53,429 nucleotides of DNA from an uncultured Anaerolineales bacterium (GTDB taxonomy: Bacteria > Planctomycetota > Phycisphaerae > FEN-1346), in the NCBI GenBank assembly GCA_964577175.1, contig CAZNYC010000004.1, positions 15,804 through 69,232 of the forward strand, given 5' to 3'. The notes under the pieces are model-generated. The model was not told the origin of the DNA. It saw only the letters and a list, made by a program, of their open reading frames with translations, and did not search any database. Made by a program: the position numbers and the translations under genes. Position 1 is the stretch's first letter. Each line of letters opens with the position of its first letter. Below, in pieces: positions 37,647 through 48,996 of the stretch.

Positions 37647-38593
37647 TTGCCCGCCTCGTCGGCCGGTTCCGGCGCCGATTCGCGCTCCGCCCGTTTCCGC
37701 CGGGCACGCCGGACGAGCGGCACCACGATCCCGTGGACGTACGCCAGCGCCAGGCCGCCCGCCACCACGCCCGTGACGAACGTCTGGACCCAGTTATCGT
37801 AATCGAAGTGCGGCAGCCAGCGGTACAGTTGACCGAGCCACGTGCTGACGACCACCCACATGCTCACCAGCGCGATGCCCCGCCACCGCGCCGCCGTCGG
37901 CTGCCGGCGCCACAGCAGCATCGCCACCAGCACGACGGGCAGGGCCGCGGCGACCAGGGCCAGGGTGCTCCGCAGCGCGTATCGCAGATGGGCGTCCTCC
38001 CACACCTCGGCGAACGTCTCGCCGACGCCCCAGCCCATTTGGTTGGCGATGTAAGTGGTGACGGTTCGCGGCCAGAGGGAGAAGGGGATGAGGATTCCCA
38101 GGGCGGCGAGTTCGCGTTTCAGCCCGCCGGACGCCTCTTCGGTGGCATCGCCGCGCATCCACCATGCGCTCAGCGCCCCGCACGCGGCGCACACCGCCGC
38201 CAGACCGACGGCGGTGAAGACGGCCACGTCCAGCGTGCCTGGCGACCGGGTCAGGCTTCGCGGCCCCACCAGCAGATTCCCCGCCACGTTGTTGGTGTAG
38301 AGCGCGACGACGGCCCCGACCGCCAGCACGGGCGCCAGGACCGACCACTCCGCCTGCCGCGTCGGAATGTCCGTGTGGTACGCCGTCAGACCAAGCACCG
38401 CCGCCACCACCACCATCGCCACGGCGGGACCGAAGACCGGCACCAAGATGAACAGGGACGGGGCGTTGACGCGGACGACGGCCATGCTCAGCGGCACGAC
38501 CATCACGATGAGACCGACCGGGAAGAGCACGACGGGCAGCAGGTGATGACGGAAGATGTGCATGCGGCCTCCGGGTTCCACCACGGATGCCAT
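37643..38593 (-). CDS. Hypothetical multi-pass membrane protein
   Basis: Many hydrophobic segments, GGAGG-like RBS, co-oriented with its neighbours; no family recognised. Confidence 0.65.
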   Translation of the reverse strand: MASVVEPGGRMHIFRHHLLPVVLFPVGLIVMVVPLSMAVVRVNAPSLFILVPVFGPAVAMVVVAAVLGLTAYHTDIPTRQAEWSVLAPVLAVGAVVALYTNNVAGNLLVGPRSLTRSPGTLDVAVFTAVGLAAVCAACGALSAWWMRGDATEEASGGLKRELAALGILIPFSLWPRTVTTYIANQMGWGVGETFAEVWEDAHLRYALRSTLALVAAALPVVLVAMLLWRRQPTAARWRGIALVSMWVVVSTWLGQLYRWLPHFDYDNWVQTFVTGVVAGGLALAYVHGIVVPLVRRARRKRAERESAPEPADEAGN

Positions 38594-38638
38594 CCCTCTC
38601 CCCTCCAGAAGGAGGGGGGAGGGAGTCGAAAACAACCC

Positions 38639-39742
38639 TTACTCCAGTCCCGGCAGCGGCACCTTGGCCACCTGCGTCAGCACGATGTAGTACGCCACGA
38701 ACAGGCCCACCAGCGGCACGCCGTGCCAGCGCTTGAACGTGGTATCGCTCGTCCATACGTAGATCCGCACCAGCCCCACCGCCAGGAGCATGACCGGAAA
38801 GTGCAGGTAGAAGAAGTACGGCGACACGTCCAGTGGCACCGCGCTGGCCGAAACGCCCGCCACCAGCAGGACGTTCATGATGTCCGACCCGATGACGTTG
38901 CCGACCAGCACCTCCGGGTGCCCCTTCACGATGGACGCGATGGCCGTCGCCAGTTCCGGCAGGCTCGTCCCGAACGCGACCACGATGACCGCCAGAATGT
39001 CCGGGGGGACGCCGTGGCGCGTGCAGAGCATGCTGATCGACCCGACCAGCACCTGTGAGGCGGCCACGATGAGGGCCAACCCCGCCAGGGCCTGGACCAA
39101 ATTCCATCCGACGTTCCACCCGGCGCGCCGGCGGTCGGGCCCCTTCTCGTGTGCCGCGATCTCCTCGGCCAGAACCACCGCCTCGGGGTGCTGCCGCGCC
39201 CACCGCACCGAGTAGATCACGTACAGGACAATCAACATGACGAAACCGATCCCCGCCACGCGCGGGATGACGGCCATCTCGATGCCGCCGAACAGAATGG
39301 CCGTTGTTGTCGCCACCGCCACCAGCAGCACGGCGCTGCCCAAGTGCAGCCACCCGTGGCGGTTCATGACGAAGCGGTCTATGGGCACGCGGGTCAGCAG
39401 GCAACTGATGCCCAGCACCAGGGCCGTGTCGCAAATGGTCGACCCCACCGCGTTGCCGAGGGCGAGGTCCGGCTCCCCCTGGATGGCCGCCATCGCCGAC
39501 ACGAAGATCTCCGGGCTCGTCGTCCCGATGCTGACGACGGTCGCCCCGATGATGACTTTCGACACGCCCAGCGTCGACGCCAGCCGGGCCCCGCCCGCGA
39601 CGACCCGGTCCGCCCCCAGCACGAGGCACACGATGCTGCCGACCGTGTAGAGCCAGAGCAGGGCGTCCGCCTGCTCGAAGAAGGTGTCGGGGATGAGGTT
39701 GGCGAGGATGGGCACCGGGGCGGCTCCGTTGAGCGGCGGCAT
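38639..39742 (-). CDS. Calcium/sodium antiporter (CaCA, YrbG-like)
   Basis: Alpha repeats GATVVSIGTTSPE..GNAVGS and VAFGTSLPEL..GNVIGS. Confidence 0.92.
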   Translation of the reverse strand: MPPLNGAAPVPILANLIPDTFFEQADALLWLYTVGSIVCLVLGADRVVAGGARLASTLGVSKVIIGATVVSIGTTSPEIFVSAMAAIQGEPDLALGNAVGSTICDTALVLGISCLLTRVPIDRFVMNRHGWLHLGSAVLLVAVATTTAILFGGIEMAVIPRVAGIGFVMLIVLYVIYSVRWARQHPEAVVLAEEIAAHEKGPDRRRAGWNVGWNLVQALAGLALIVAASQVLVGSISMLCTRHGVPPDILAVIVVAFGTSLPELATAIASIVKGHPEVLVGNVIGSDIMNVLLVAGVSASAVPLDVSPYFFYLHFPVMLLAVGLVRIYVWTSDTTFKRWHGVPLVGLFVAYYIVLTQVAKVPLPGLE

Positions 39743-39935
39743 GCTCGGCGTACATTATACGGCACCGCGGCCCGGCGCCCAGCGATTCAGCGCAAGGCGG
39801 AAATCGGAAACAGCAACAGTCGCCGCGCCAACGTCGAGGCGGCCTCGCCAACGCGGAGCCGTCCGTGTTCGCCGGCCGGCCCGCCTTCGCCCTTTGGGCT
39901 GCGGCGGGTAAACTTGCGGGCCGCGCGCCGTTGCC

Positions 39936-42713
39936 CTACGCGCCCTGCGCGACGACCCGCCGCACCACTTTCCACGCCTCCATCGCCGCCAGCGGGATGA
40001 CGCACAGGCCCAGCGCCGTCGCCCACTGTCCGGCCGTCAGGTCCACGGTGTGGCACACGCCCTGGGCGGCGGGCACAAGGACGGCCGCCAGCAGGACGCC
40101 GGCCGAGAGCACGCACGCCCCGCCCAGGTACAGGTTCGTCAGCGGGTTGATCCGCCAGACGCTGCGCCGGAAACTCCGCGACGCCGGCGCCCGCACGAGT
40201 TCCGAGATCGCGAGCGTCACGAACGCCATCGTCCGCCCGACCTTCTCGCCGCCGTCCGCGAGGCCCAGCCAGAACGACAGGACGAGCGCCAGGCCGATGA
40301 AGACGGCGTTGAAGGCGATGAACATCATGAGGCCGGGCGTCAGGATGCCCTCGGTCGTCCGCCGCGGCGGGCGGGCCATGATGTCCGGCTCGGGCGGGTC
40401 CATCCCGAGGGCCAGCGCCGGCAGGCCGTCCGTCACCAGGTTGATCAGCAGAATCTGCACCGGCAGCAGCGGCGTGCCCAGGCCGATGAGCACGGGCACG
40501 AGGACGGCCAGGATCTCGCCCAGGTTGCACGCCAGCAGATACGTGACGAACTTGCGGATGTTGTCGAAGATGACGCGGCCCTGGCGGACGGCCTCCACAA
40601 TGGTGGCGAAGTTGTCGTCCGTCAGGACCACGTCGGCCGCGCTGCGCGCGACGTCCGTTCCCCCGCGGCCCATGGCGACGCCGACGTCCGCCTGCTGGAG
40701 GGCGGGGGCGTCGTTGACGCCGTCGCCGGTCATCGCCACCACCTGCCCCTCGCGCTGCAGGGCCCGGACGATCACCAGTTTCTGCTCCGGCCAGACCCGG
40801 GCGAAGACGCGAATCCGCCGGATACGGCCGGCCAGGTGCGACTCCTGCACCTCCGAGAGGGCCGGGCCCGTCAGGCACTCGTCGCCCTCGTCGAGCATCC
40901 CCAGGTTCCGGGCGATCGCTTCCGCCGTCCGCACGTTGTCGCCCGTGACCATGATGGTGCGGATGCCCGCGCCCGCCGCCGCGCGGAGGGCGCCGGCCGC
41001 CTCGGGACGGGCGGCGTCGCGCATTCCCACCAGGCCCACCAGGACGAGGTCCCCCTCGTCCGCCTCGCTCACCGTCCCCGCGCCGTCGAGGTCCTTGAAG
41101 GCGAACGCCAGGACGCGCAGGGCCTCGTCGGCCATGGCGTCGAGCGCCGTCTCGGCCCGGGCGCGGGCGGCCTCGTCGAGGGGGGCGGCCTCGCCGCCCG
41201 TCGCCAGGTGCCGGCTGCACAGCGGCAGCACCACGTCCGGGGCGCCCTTGACGAGCAGCCGCCGCCGGCTGTTGATCGTATGGACCGTGCTCATCCGTTT
41301 GCGGTCGGAGTCGAACGGCACCTCGTCCAGCCGCCCGTGCCGGGTGCGGAGCGCGGCGGCGTCGGCGTCCTCGCGGGCGGCGAAATCCAGCAGCGCCAGT
41401 TCCGTCGGGTCGCCCAGGCGCTCGGTCTCGCCGCCGGCCGTCTCGATGCGGGCATCGTTGCACAGGACCGCCACCTCCAGCAGCCGGTCCAGGGCGGGAC
41501 GGGCGCGGCGGGTCTCCGCACCCGCCGCGCCGGATGCACTGGCGGTCGAGCCGCCAGTGGCACCCGCCGGGATCGGCCCGCCCTCGTCATCGGCGAGCCA
41601 GACCGACGTGACGCCCATCCGGTTCTCGGTCAGCGTGCCGGTCTTGTCCGTGCAGATGGTGGTGGTGCAGCCGAGGGTCTCGACGGCGGGCAGTTCCCGC
41701 ACGATAGCCCGGTGGACGCTCATCCGCCGCACGCCCACCGCCAGGATAACCGTGACGATGGCGGGCAGGCCCTCCGGAATGGCCGCCACCGCCAGGCTGA
41801 CCGCCGCCAGAAACATCTCGAACCATGGCATGCCGCGCACGACGCCCAGGACGAACGTCAAGGCGCAGATGCCGAGCGTGACGACGCCGAGCAGCCGTCC
41901 GAACCGCGCCAGGCGCCGCTGGAGCGGCGTGGCGATTTCCTCGCCCGCCGCCAGCAGCCCGGCGATGCGGCCGATCTCGCGCGCCGCCCCCGTCGCGACC
42001 ACGAGGCCCGTCCCCCGGCCGTAGGCGACCGTCGTCCCGGCGTAGGCCATGGAGGCGCGGGCGGCGAGGGCGGCGTCGGCCGCAACCGGCTCGGCGGTCT
42101 TCGCGACGGCCTCCGATTCGCCCGTCAGGCTCGACTCATCCGTGCGCAGGCTGTGGGCTTCCACGAGGCGCAGGTCCGCCGCCACGTAGTCGCCCTCGCG
42201 GAGGACCACGAGGTCGCCCGGCACGACGGCCTCGCTGCTGACGCGTGCGGCCGCGCCGCCGCGCACGACCTCGCAGTCCGGCACGGTCATCCGCTTCAGG
42301 GCCGCAAGGGCCCGCCCCGCCCGTTTCTCCTGCGACGCCCCGAGCAGGGCGTTCAGCAGGAGGATGGCGGCGATGGCGACGGCGTCGGTCACCTCCCCCA
42401 GGGCCAGCGACACCAGCGCCGCCCCCACCAGCACCAGGACCAGGAAGTCCTTGAACTGCCTGGCGAACATGCCGAGGAAGGTCTGCGGCTTCTCCATGGG
42501 GAGGGCGTTCGGGCCGTAACGGGCAAGACGCGCCGCGGCCTCCTCCGCCGACAGGCCGCGCTCCGGGTCCGTCCCGAGCGCCTCGGCGACCGCGGGCGCG
42601 GGCAGGGCGTGCCAGTCAGGCGCCGACTGGCCAACCGCGGGCGACGGGCCGGACGGATCGGCGGGTGCGGCGCCGTCGGTCTCTTCGGATGGGTTGGGGG
42701 GCGATTCGCTCAC
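39936..42713 (-). CDS. P-type ATPase, Ca2+-type (IIA-like)
   Basis: DESSLTGES, AIPEGLP, DKTGTLT, KGAPD, TGDN, GDGVNDAPAL and NLVTDGLPALAL. Confidence 0.95.
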   Translation of the reverse strand: MSESPPNPSEETDGAAPADPSGPSPAVGQSAPDWHALPAPAVAEALGTDPERGLSAEEAAARLARYGPNALPMEKPQTFLGMFARQFKDFLVLVLVGAALVSLALGEVTDAVAIAAILLLNALLGASQEKRAGRALAALKRMTVPDCEVVRGGAAARVSSEAVVPGDLVVLREGDYVAADLRLVEAHSLRTDESSLTGESEAVAKTAEPVAADAALAARASMAYAGTTVAYGRGTGLVVATGAAREIGRIAGLLAAGEEIATPLQRRLARFGRLLGVVTLGICALTFVLGVVRGMPWFEMFLAAVSLAVAAIPEGLPAIVTVILAVGVRRMSVHRAIVRELPAVETLGCTTTICTDKTGTLTENRMGVTSVWLADDEGGPIPAGATGGSTASASGAAGAETRRARPALDRLLEVAVLCNDARIETAGGETERLGDPTELALLDFAAREDADAAALRTRHGRLDEVPFDSDRKRMSTVHTINSRRRLLVKGAPDVVLPLCSRHLATGGEAAPLDEAARARAETALDAMADEALRVLAFAFKDLDGAGTVSEADEGDLVLVGLVGMRDAARPEAAGALRAAAGAGIRTIMVTGDNVRTAEAIARNLGMLDEGDECLTGPALSEVQESHLAGRIRRIRVFARVWPEQKLVIVRALQREGQVVAMTGDGVNDAPALQQADVGVAMGRGGTDVARSAADVVLTDDNFATIVEAVRQGRVIFDNIRKFVTYLLACNLGEILAVLVPVLIGLGTPLLPVQILLINLVTDGLPALALGMDPPEPDIMARPPRRTTEGILTPGLMMFIAFNAVFIGLALVLSFWLGLADGGEKVGRTMAFVTLAISELVRAPASRSFRRSVWRINPLTNLYLGGACVLSAGVLLAAVLVPAAQGVCHTVDLTAGQWATALGLCVIPLAAMEAWKVVRRVVAQGA
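41503..41565. repeat. Family A + family B REPs inside the P-type ATPase coding sequence
   Basis: 41503-41530 is identical to the intergenic copy at 14967-14994; 41536-41565 differs from 25677-25706 at only 2 of 30 positions. Confidence 0.85.
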
Positions 42714-42798
42714 GCAGCCGTCTCTCCGTGCGACCGGCCTCGGGACGGCCACGTTGTACGCGGCGGGGCGGCGGTTTGCAACAAGATACGGGAGGGCG

Positions 42799-42833
42799 AA
42801 TGCTCAATGTCCAATGCCAAATGCCAAATGCCC
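42799..42833 (+). repeat. Heptamer tandem repeat (AATGYYM) x5
   Basis: AATGCTC AATGTCC AATGCCA AATGCCA AATGCCC. Confidence 0.7.
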
Positions 42834-42899
42834 AAGTAGGCCTGCGGCCTGTGTAAAACGGCGGGCGCACGTGCGTCGTCACGGCCGGGCGGGCAACGA

Positions 42900-42938
42900 T
42901 GTCATTCTGAGGAGGCCTTCAGGCCGACGAAGAATCTC
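42900..42938. repeat. REP-like family C (TGTCATTCTGAGGAGGCC..GGCCGACGAAGAATCTC)
   Basis: Near-identical copy at 48884-48922, differing only in the loop. Confidence 0.85.
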
Positions 42939-43257
42939 GCCGTGGCCGTTCGGTGTCTGGCACTTTATGGTTTGAAAGGTGCCTGAAACCTTTCCGCAGC
43001 CGCCCCTCCGGGGCTCTTGGGGCATTGGGCCGGACGTGATCCCCGCCCGTGCGGGCGGGGCTACTGGCAAGCGCTCCTGACGGGGCTTGGGCGAGGGGAA
43101 AGGGTCGAACGAAGCGCTCCGGTCAGCCTCGACTTTCGCGCTCGAGGCAACCTGGCCCATTTCCCGGCCGGGCCCCGCACAAGCGGCCCCAGCGCGGCGC
43201 GGGGTCCCGGGTTCCCGTTGAGCCGGCGACCGAAGGTCGCCGCGAACCGCAGATTGA

Positions 43258-43332
43258 GTGCGGCGGGTGCGGAGACCCGCCGCGCAACATTTCCGGCCCA
43301 TACGTACGGCCGGACAAGACCGGCCGTGGCAC
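43258..43332. repeat. REP-like family A + B
   Basis: Family A at 43258-43285; ACGGCCGGACAAGACCGGCCGTGGCAC at 43306-43332. Confidence 0.85.
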
Positions 43333-43334
43333 GT

Positions 43335-44720
<1,386 letters not shown>

Positions 44721-44832
44721 GGAAGCCTCCTTGGGAAGGCAGGCATCAGGCAATCGGTATTCGGCATGAGGCAACGGCAACCTCAACAACCATATTCAGC
44801 CGCCGGGTTTGCCCGGTGCGTTCCACACGTCA

Positions 44833-44913
44833 CACGGCCGGACAAGACCGGCCGTGGCACGTGGTGCGCTGCGCCCGCCTTGCGCAGCGCGGCGGTGCGG
44901 AGACCCGCCGCGC
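44833..44913. repeat. REP-like family B + A
   Basis: CACGGCCGGACAAGACCGGCCGTGGCAC at 44833-44860; family A at 44887-44913. Confidence 0.85.
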
Positions 44914-44931
44914 ACCTGTTCACGGTGCAGC

Positions 44932-46470
44932 CTAATGCGTCATGGCGTAGACGAGCACGTTGATGCCCAGGCGGAGGGCGTCGCCGCTCTCGACCCCGCG
45001 GGCGTACGGGTTCGGCGCCCCGGACCAGCCGTTCACCAGGCCGAACGGGCTATAGATGACCCGCAACTGGTTCTCCAGGCTGATGCCCTCCATCGCCGGC
45101 GCCTTCAGTCCCGGATGCTCGTGCAGCACAAGCGGCGTGTATTCCACCTGCCGGATCGGGAACACGCTGCCGTACACCGGATGGTCCGGTGCGATGCGCC
45201 GGAGCGACTTTTCGGGCAGAACCCGCTGGATTTCCCGCCGGAACGCCGTGTCGAACCCCTTCCGGCCGCAGCAGGCGTTGGCCATGAGCACGCCGCCCGC
45301 CGCCAGGTACCGCCTCAGGTTCGTCACCTCTTCGTCCGTCAGGCGGAACGCGTTGTGGCCGGTCATGTAGAGGATCGGGTGCGCGAAGGCGTCCACGCTC
45401 CGCAGGTCCACGTCTTCCTTCTTGAACTGGACCTCCACGGTGGTGTTCTCGGCCAGGTGCTTCAGGAGCGAGGCCAGGCTCGACGGCTGGGTATTCCAGT
45501 CGCCGTCGTGGACGATCTGGGCGATGACCAACTGGTCCCGCGTGGGCTCGCCCTTCTGGTGATACACGCGCTCGCTGGAGAGGAACCGGCCGAGTTCGTA
45601 GGTGGCCAAGCAGTAGGTGATGATGTTGGCGCCGAGTTTGCGCGCGTCGCCCGGCAGCACCCGCTTGCCGCGCTCGTGTGTGTGCCCGTCCCATCCGCAG
45701 GAGCAGTCGTATCCGCCCGTGTAGATGATGGCGGCCCGGCATCCGATGTCCACGGTCTCCAGAGGCGGGGCGTCCTGGTACCGGCCCTTGCCCTCCGCCT
45801 GGTACTGGACCGTCGAGATCGGGTAGAACGACGAATACAGCGGATGGTCCGGTGCGATGGGGCCGAGCGGCCGGTTCGGGAACAGCCGTTTCGCCAGGTC
45901 GCGCAGCGCCGCGTCGAAGTCCTCGATGCCGCAGCAGGCGTCGGCCAGGATCGTCCCGCCGTCCATGCAGAACCGGCGGAGTTCGGGCAGGGCGGCGTCG
46001 GGCACGGTGAAGGCGTCGTGCCCGGTGAAGTACAGGATCGGCAGTTCCGTGGGGTTGTACGAGAAGCGGCGGAGGTCGGCGTCCACCGGCCGGTACCGGA
46101 CGTGCAACTGCTGGTTCGTCCACCGGAGGAGGTTCTTGATGTCGGCCGGGTCGGTCATCCAGTCGCGATAGGCGTACCGCTGGCCGTCCTGGACTTCCCA
46201 CTTCACGTCGCCGAGGATGGTCTTGCCGACGAGCGAGGGCGGGCTGGGCTGCCGCTTCTTCTCGCTCCGCCGAAGCGGCGTGGCGGGCAGGGGCAGGGGC
46301 GGCAGCGATTCGCCGCCCGTCCGGCGCTGCGGTTTCGCCTTGGGCGGGGGGCCGCAGGTGCGGGGTTCGGCCAGCGCTTCGCCGAGCATCAGTTCCAGGC
46401 CCGCACCGCCGCCGGCGACGGTCGCAATCGAGCGAAACATGCCGCGGGTCAGGAAGTCACGCCGTTTCAT
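44932..46470 (-). CDS. Tat-exported tandem DUF4159 domain protein
   Basis: MKRRDFL Tat motif; two repeats of PILY(F/M)TGH..LRR(F/Y)..GG..A(D/N)ACCG..I.PDHP.Y..LG.N; upstream of moxR. Confidence 0.8.
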   Translation of the reverse strand: MKRRDFLTRGMFRSIATVAGGGAGLELMLGEALAEPRTCGPPPKAKPQRRTGGESLPPLPLPATPLRRSEKKRQPSPPSLVGKTILGDVKWEVQDGQRYAYRDWMTDPADIKNLLRWTNQQLHVRYRPVDADLRRFSYNPTELPILYFTGHDAFTVPDAALPELRRFCMDGGTILADACCGIEDFDAALRDLAKRLFPNRPLGPIAPDHPLYSSFYPISTVQYQAEGKGRYQDAPPLETVDIGCRAAIIYTGGYDCSCGWDGHTHERGKRVLPGDARKLGANIITYCLATYELGRFLSSERVYHQKGEPTRDQLVIAQIVHDGDWNTQPSSLASLLKHLAENTTVEVQFKKEDVDLRSVDAFAHPILYMTGHNAFRLTDEEVTNLRRYLAAGGVLMANACCGRKGFDTAFRREIQRVLPEKSLRRIAPDHPVYGSVFPIRQVEYTPLVLHEHPGLKAPAMEGISLENQLRVIYSPFGLVNGWSGAPNPYARGVESGDALRLGINVLVYAMTH

Positions 46471-46973
46471 CGCTTGTCTCCACGAGATGGAATCGGGCGT
46501 TTCCGTGCCGCCAGGGTCGGTCCGTACTCCAACCGCCCCCTGGGCGTGCACATCGGCATCCGGACGGCGTTCAGGGCAGAAAAAGCCCCTCTCGGCCCCC
46601 TCCGTGCCACGTTATTATACTGCTATTCGGGACTTGCGTTGCCAAAAAAGCGGGCGGGCGCTCCGGACGCCGCCCAGCCTTTTGGCCGGTGCAGGAGTGA
46701 GGCCATTCTCTCGTTCGATGTTAACGCAGCGCAGGCAGCGAACCGCGGAGAACGCAGAAGACGACAGCGCAAAGACACGACGGCGAAAGGGCTTTGCTGT
46801 AGACGAGGTCCCGCCTGACGAACCGCACGGATTGGCAAGCCATCCGTGGCACCTGCGTCCCGGTCGGCGCAAAAAATCGGAGCCGGGTCGGCCCCGCGCC
46901 GTCCCGGCTCCCTGCCCGACTGCCAACGTCTGCGAGTCAACCTCCTGCTTGCTGAGGGCGTGCAGCCACGCGG

Positions 46974-47231
46974 CTACAGCCCGAGTTCCTCCAACAGCCG
47001 GCGGACCGTGCCATCGACCCGCTCCGGCGTTTCCAGTTCGCCCTGGGCGATCAGGTCACGCATCCGCTGCACCTTCTCGAAGCGGATGTCGGGCATCCGG
47101 CTGATCTTGTCGAGGAGATGAAGCGTTCCGGCCGGGTCCGGCGGCTCGGCCATCGGCGGGGGCTGGACCTGACCGTACGTCAGGTCGCCCTGCACGTTCT
47201 GTTTCATCAGGTCGCGGTCATGAGTTGCCAT
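46974..47231 (-). CDS. flgM: FlgM-like anti-sigma-28 factor
   Basis: 85 aa; C-terminal MPDIRFEKVQRMRDLIAQGELETPERVDGTVRRLLEEL matches the FlgM C-terminal pattern. Confidence 0.7.
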   Translation of the reverse strand: MATHDRDLMKQNVQGDLTYGQVQPPPMAEPPDPAGTLHLLDKISRMPDIRFEKVQRMRDLIAQGELETPERVDGTVRRLLEELGL

Positions 47232-47358
47232 CGGATGCTCCTGCTGGTTGCAGCGGCGGCCAGGTTCGTCGAGGCGTGGGTCGGTTCGTCGTCGCCCGGT
47301 CGCACCCCCTTGGCTGGTGCTTCCTGCGGCACCGATTGTCGCTTGTGCTTCACTTATG

Positions 47359-47386
47359 CTATCGTCCTCTGGAGGCCGGGTCTTGA
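47359..47386 (-). promoter_or_regulatory. Putative sigma-28 promoter of the flgM-like gene
   Basis: Minus strand TCAA-N16-GACGATAG versus consensus TAAA-N15/16-GCCGATAA. Confidence 0.5.
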
Positions 47387-47529
47387 GAAACGGGACGAGC
47401 GGGCCGGATTCCTCTAAGTCCTTGTTTTGTATTGGTTTACGTCCGTTTTGCGGCGTGCGCGTCGGAGGCATCAGGAGTTTTTTCGGATGCGATTCTCGTC
47501 CAAATCCTTTGCCCGTTTTTCCAAGCCCC

Positions 47530-48846
47530 CTAGTTTAACATTTCGCCCGTTTCGACGCCGCCCGTGTCGACCCTATTCACCTCGCGATGGGCGTACGCGG
47601 CCGGGGCGGGCGCGTCGCCGCCCTCCGTCCCCCGGCCGAGGGCTTTGCGGACGGCTGACCAGAGGTCGCCGGCATCGAACGGACGGGCTGCGGCCCGCAG
47701 AACGGGCACATCCCACGCCAGCAGCCGGACCGTCGCCAACGGGATGGCGCCCCAACGGTCCGCCTGGCCCACGAGCCGTCCTTGCCCGTCGGTGACGACG
47801 AGGCCGACGCCGAATTGCGCGAGCGGCACCCGGCCGTCCGGGGCCGCGCCCGGCACGCCCGCGGGCCAGCCCAGACGGTCCAGCCACGCGAGCGTCTCTC
47901 CCGTGACGGACGCCCCCCGGCGGGCCTCCAAGCGGACGGCCACCCTCGCGGGGGCGGAACCTTCCTGCCGGTACCGGACGGCGAGGTCGGCGGTGCCTTC
48001 GACGGGCCCGCCGGGGGCCGAGGCCGTCCAGGCCGCCAGGTCCAGGCCCCGGACGGTCGCCGAGACCGTCGCCACGTCGGCGCCGGTGTCCGGCCAGTGC
48101 CAGTTCACGGTGACCTGTGCGGTGCCGCCGGGCCCGGCGGCGGGTTTGCCGAGACGGAGGGCCCGGCGGACGGCGTCGGCCGGCACGTCCTTCAGGTCGG
48201 CGTGGAGGCCCGCAAAGACGCCGCCCCCGTCCGTGGGGGCGAGACGCAGGCGGGCGAGCGGCCGGAAGGCCTCCGGGTCCGTTTCTCGGGTCGGGCGGTC
48301 CATCCGGTCGGGGTCGAGCAGAAGGGCCTCCAGGCCTTCACCGCCCGGGAAGAGGGCCAGGCGCGTTTCGGCCTCCACCCGCAGCGGTTCCAGGTCCAGC
48401 GCCAGGGCCAGCCGCTGAACGTAAAGGTAATGGACGGGCAGGCCGGTGGTGACCTGCACGAGCCGCTGGTTGATCGCCGAGAGCGTGGCGGCGGGGTCGG
48501 GCCCGCCAAGGGCGAGGCGTCCTTCCGCCGCCTGGACGGTCCACGAGGTGCCGTCGGGGTTGCGGACGGCCTCGACGTCCTCCAGGTCCAAGGCCAGGCG
48601 GCCGCCGGCCGCCGACCATTCCAGGCGGACCGCGCGGGCGGCGGCCGTGTCGAGGCCCGTCGGTCGGGCACCGCGGACGGTGGCGTCGCATCGCAGACGG
48701 GATTCGAGGGTGGCCTCGACCTGCCGCCCGTACGCTCCGCCGCCGAGATGCACGCCGTAGACGATCAGGCCCAGCGGCACGCCCAGCCCCCCGGCCATCG
48801 CCAGGGCAAACAGGACCCAGCGGACGTGTTGCTTGCGAAGGCGCAT
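47530..48846 (-). CDS. Hypothetical protein, N-terminal membrane anchor, beta-rich
   Basis: 438-aa ORF with an N-terminal TM, co-oriented with aroC/purC; no family recognised. Confidence 0.65.
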   Translation of the reverse strand: MRLRKQHVRWVLFALAMAGGLGVPLGLIVYGVHLGGGAYGRQVEATLESRLRCDATVRGARPTGLDTAAARAVRLEWSAAGGRLALDLEDVEAVRNPDGTSWTVQAAEGRLALGGPDPAATLSAINQRLVQVTTGLPVHYLYVQRLALALDLEPLRVEAETRLALFPGGEGLEALLLDPDRMDRPTRETDPEAFRPLARLRLAPTDGGGVFAGLHADLKDVPADAVRRALRLGKPAAGPGGTAQVTVNWHWPDTGADVATVSATVRGLDLAAWTASAPGGPVEGTADLAVRYRQEGSAPARVAVRLEARRGASVTGETLAWLDRLGWPAGVPGAAPDGRVPLAQFGVGLVVTDGQGRLVGQADRWGAIPLATVRLLAWDVPVLRAAARPFDAGDLWSAVRKALGRGTEGGDAPAPAAYAHREVNRVDTGGVETGEMLN

Positions 48847-48883
48847 GCGGTCTAGGGATCCCGGTGAGGGCGTCGTCCAGGAT

Positions 48884-48977
48884 TGTCATTCTGAGGAGGC
48901 CGAAAGGCCGACGAAGAATCTCGCCTTGGCTTGTGCCGTCTTGCCGTTCGCGCGGCGGATGCGGGGACCCGCCGCGC
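48884..48977. repeat. REP-like family C + family A
   Basis: Family C at 48884-48922; family A at 48950-48977. Confidence 0.8.
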
Positions 48978-48996
48978 ACAATGCAGCGGTGCGTTC

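Noticed and set aside
46720-46800. Purine-rich CGCAG/CGCGGAGAACGCAGAAG degenerate repeats
   Set aside because: Too short and degenerate to assign a structure or function.
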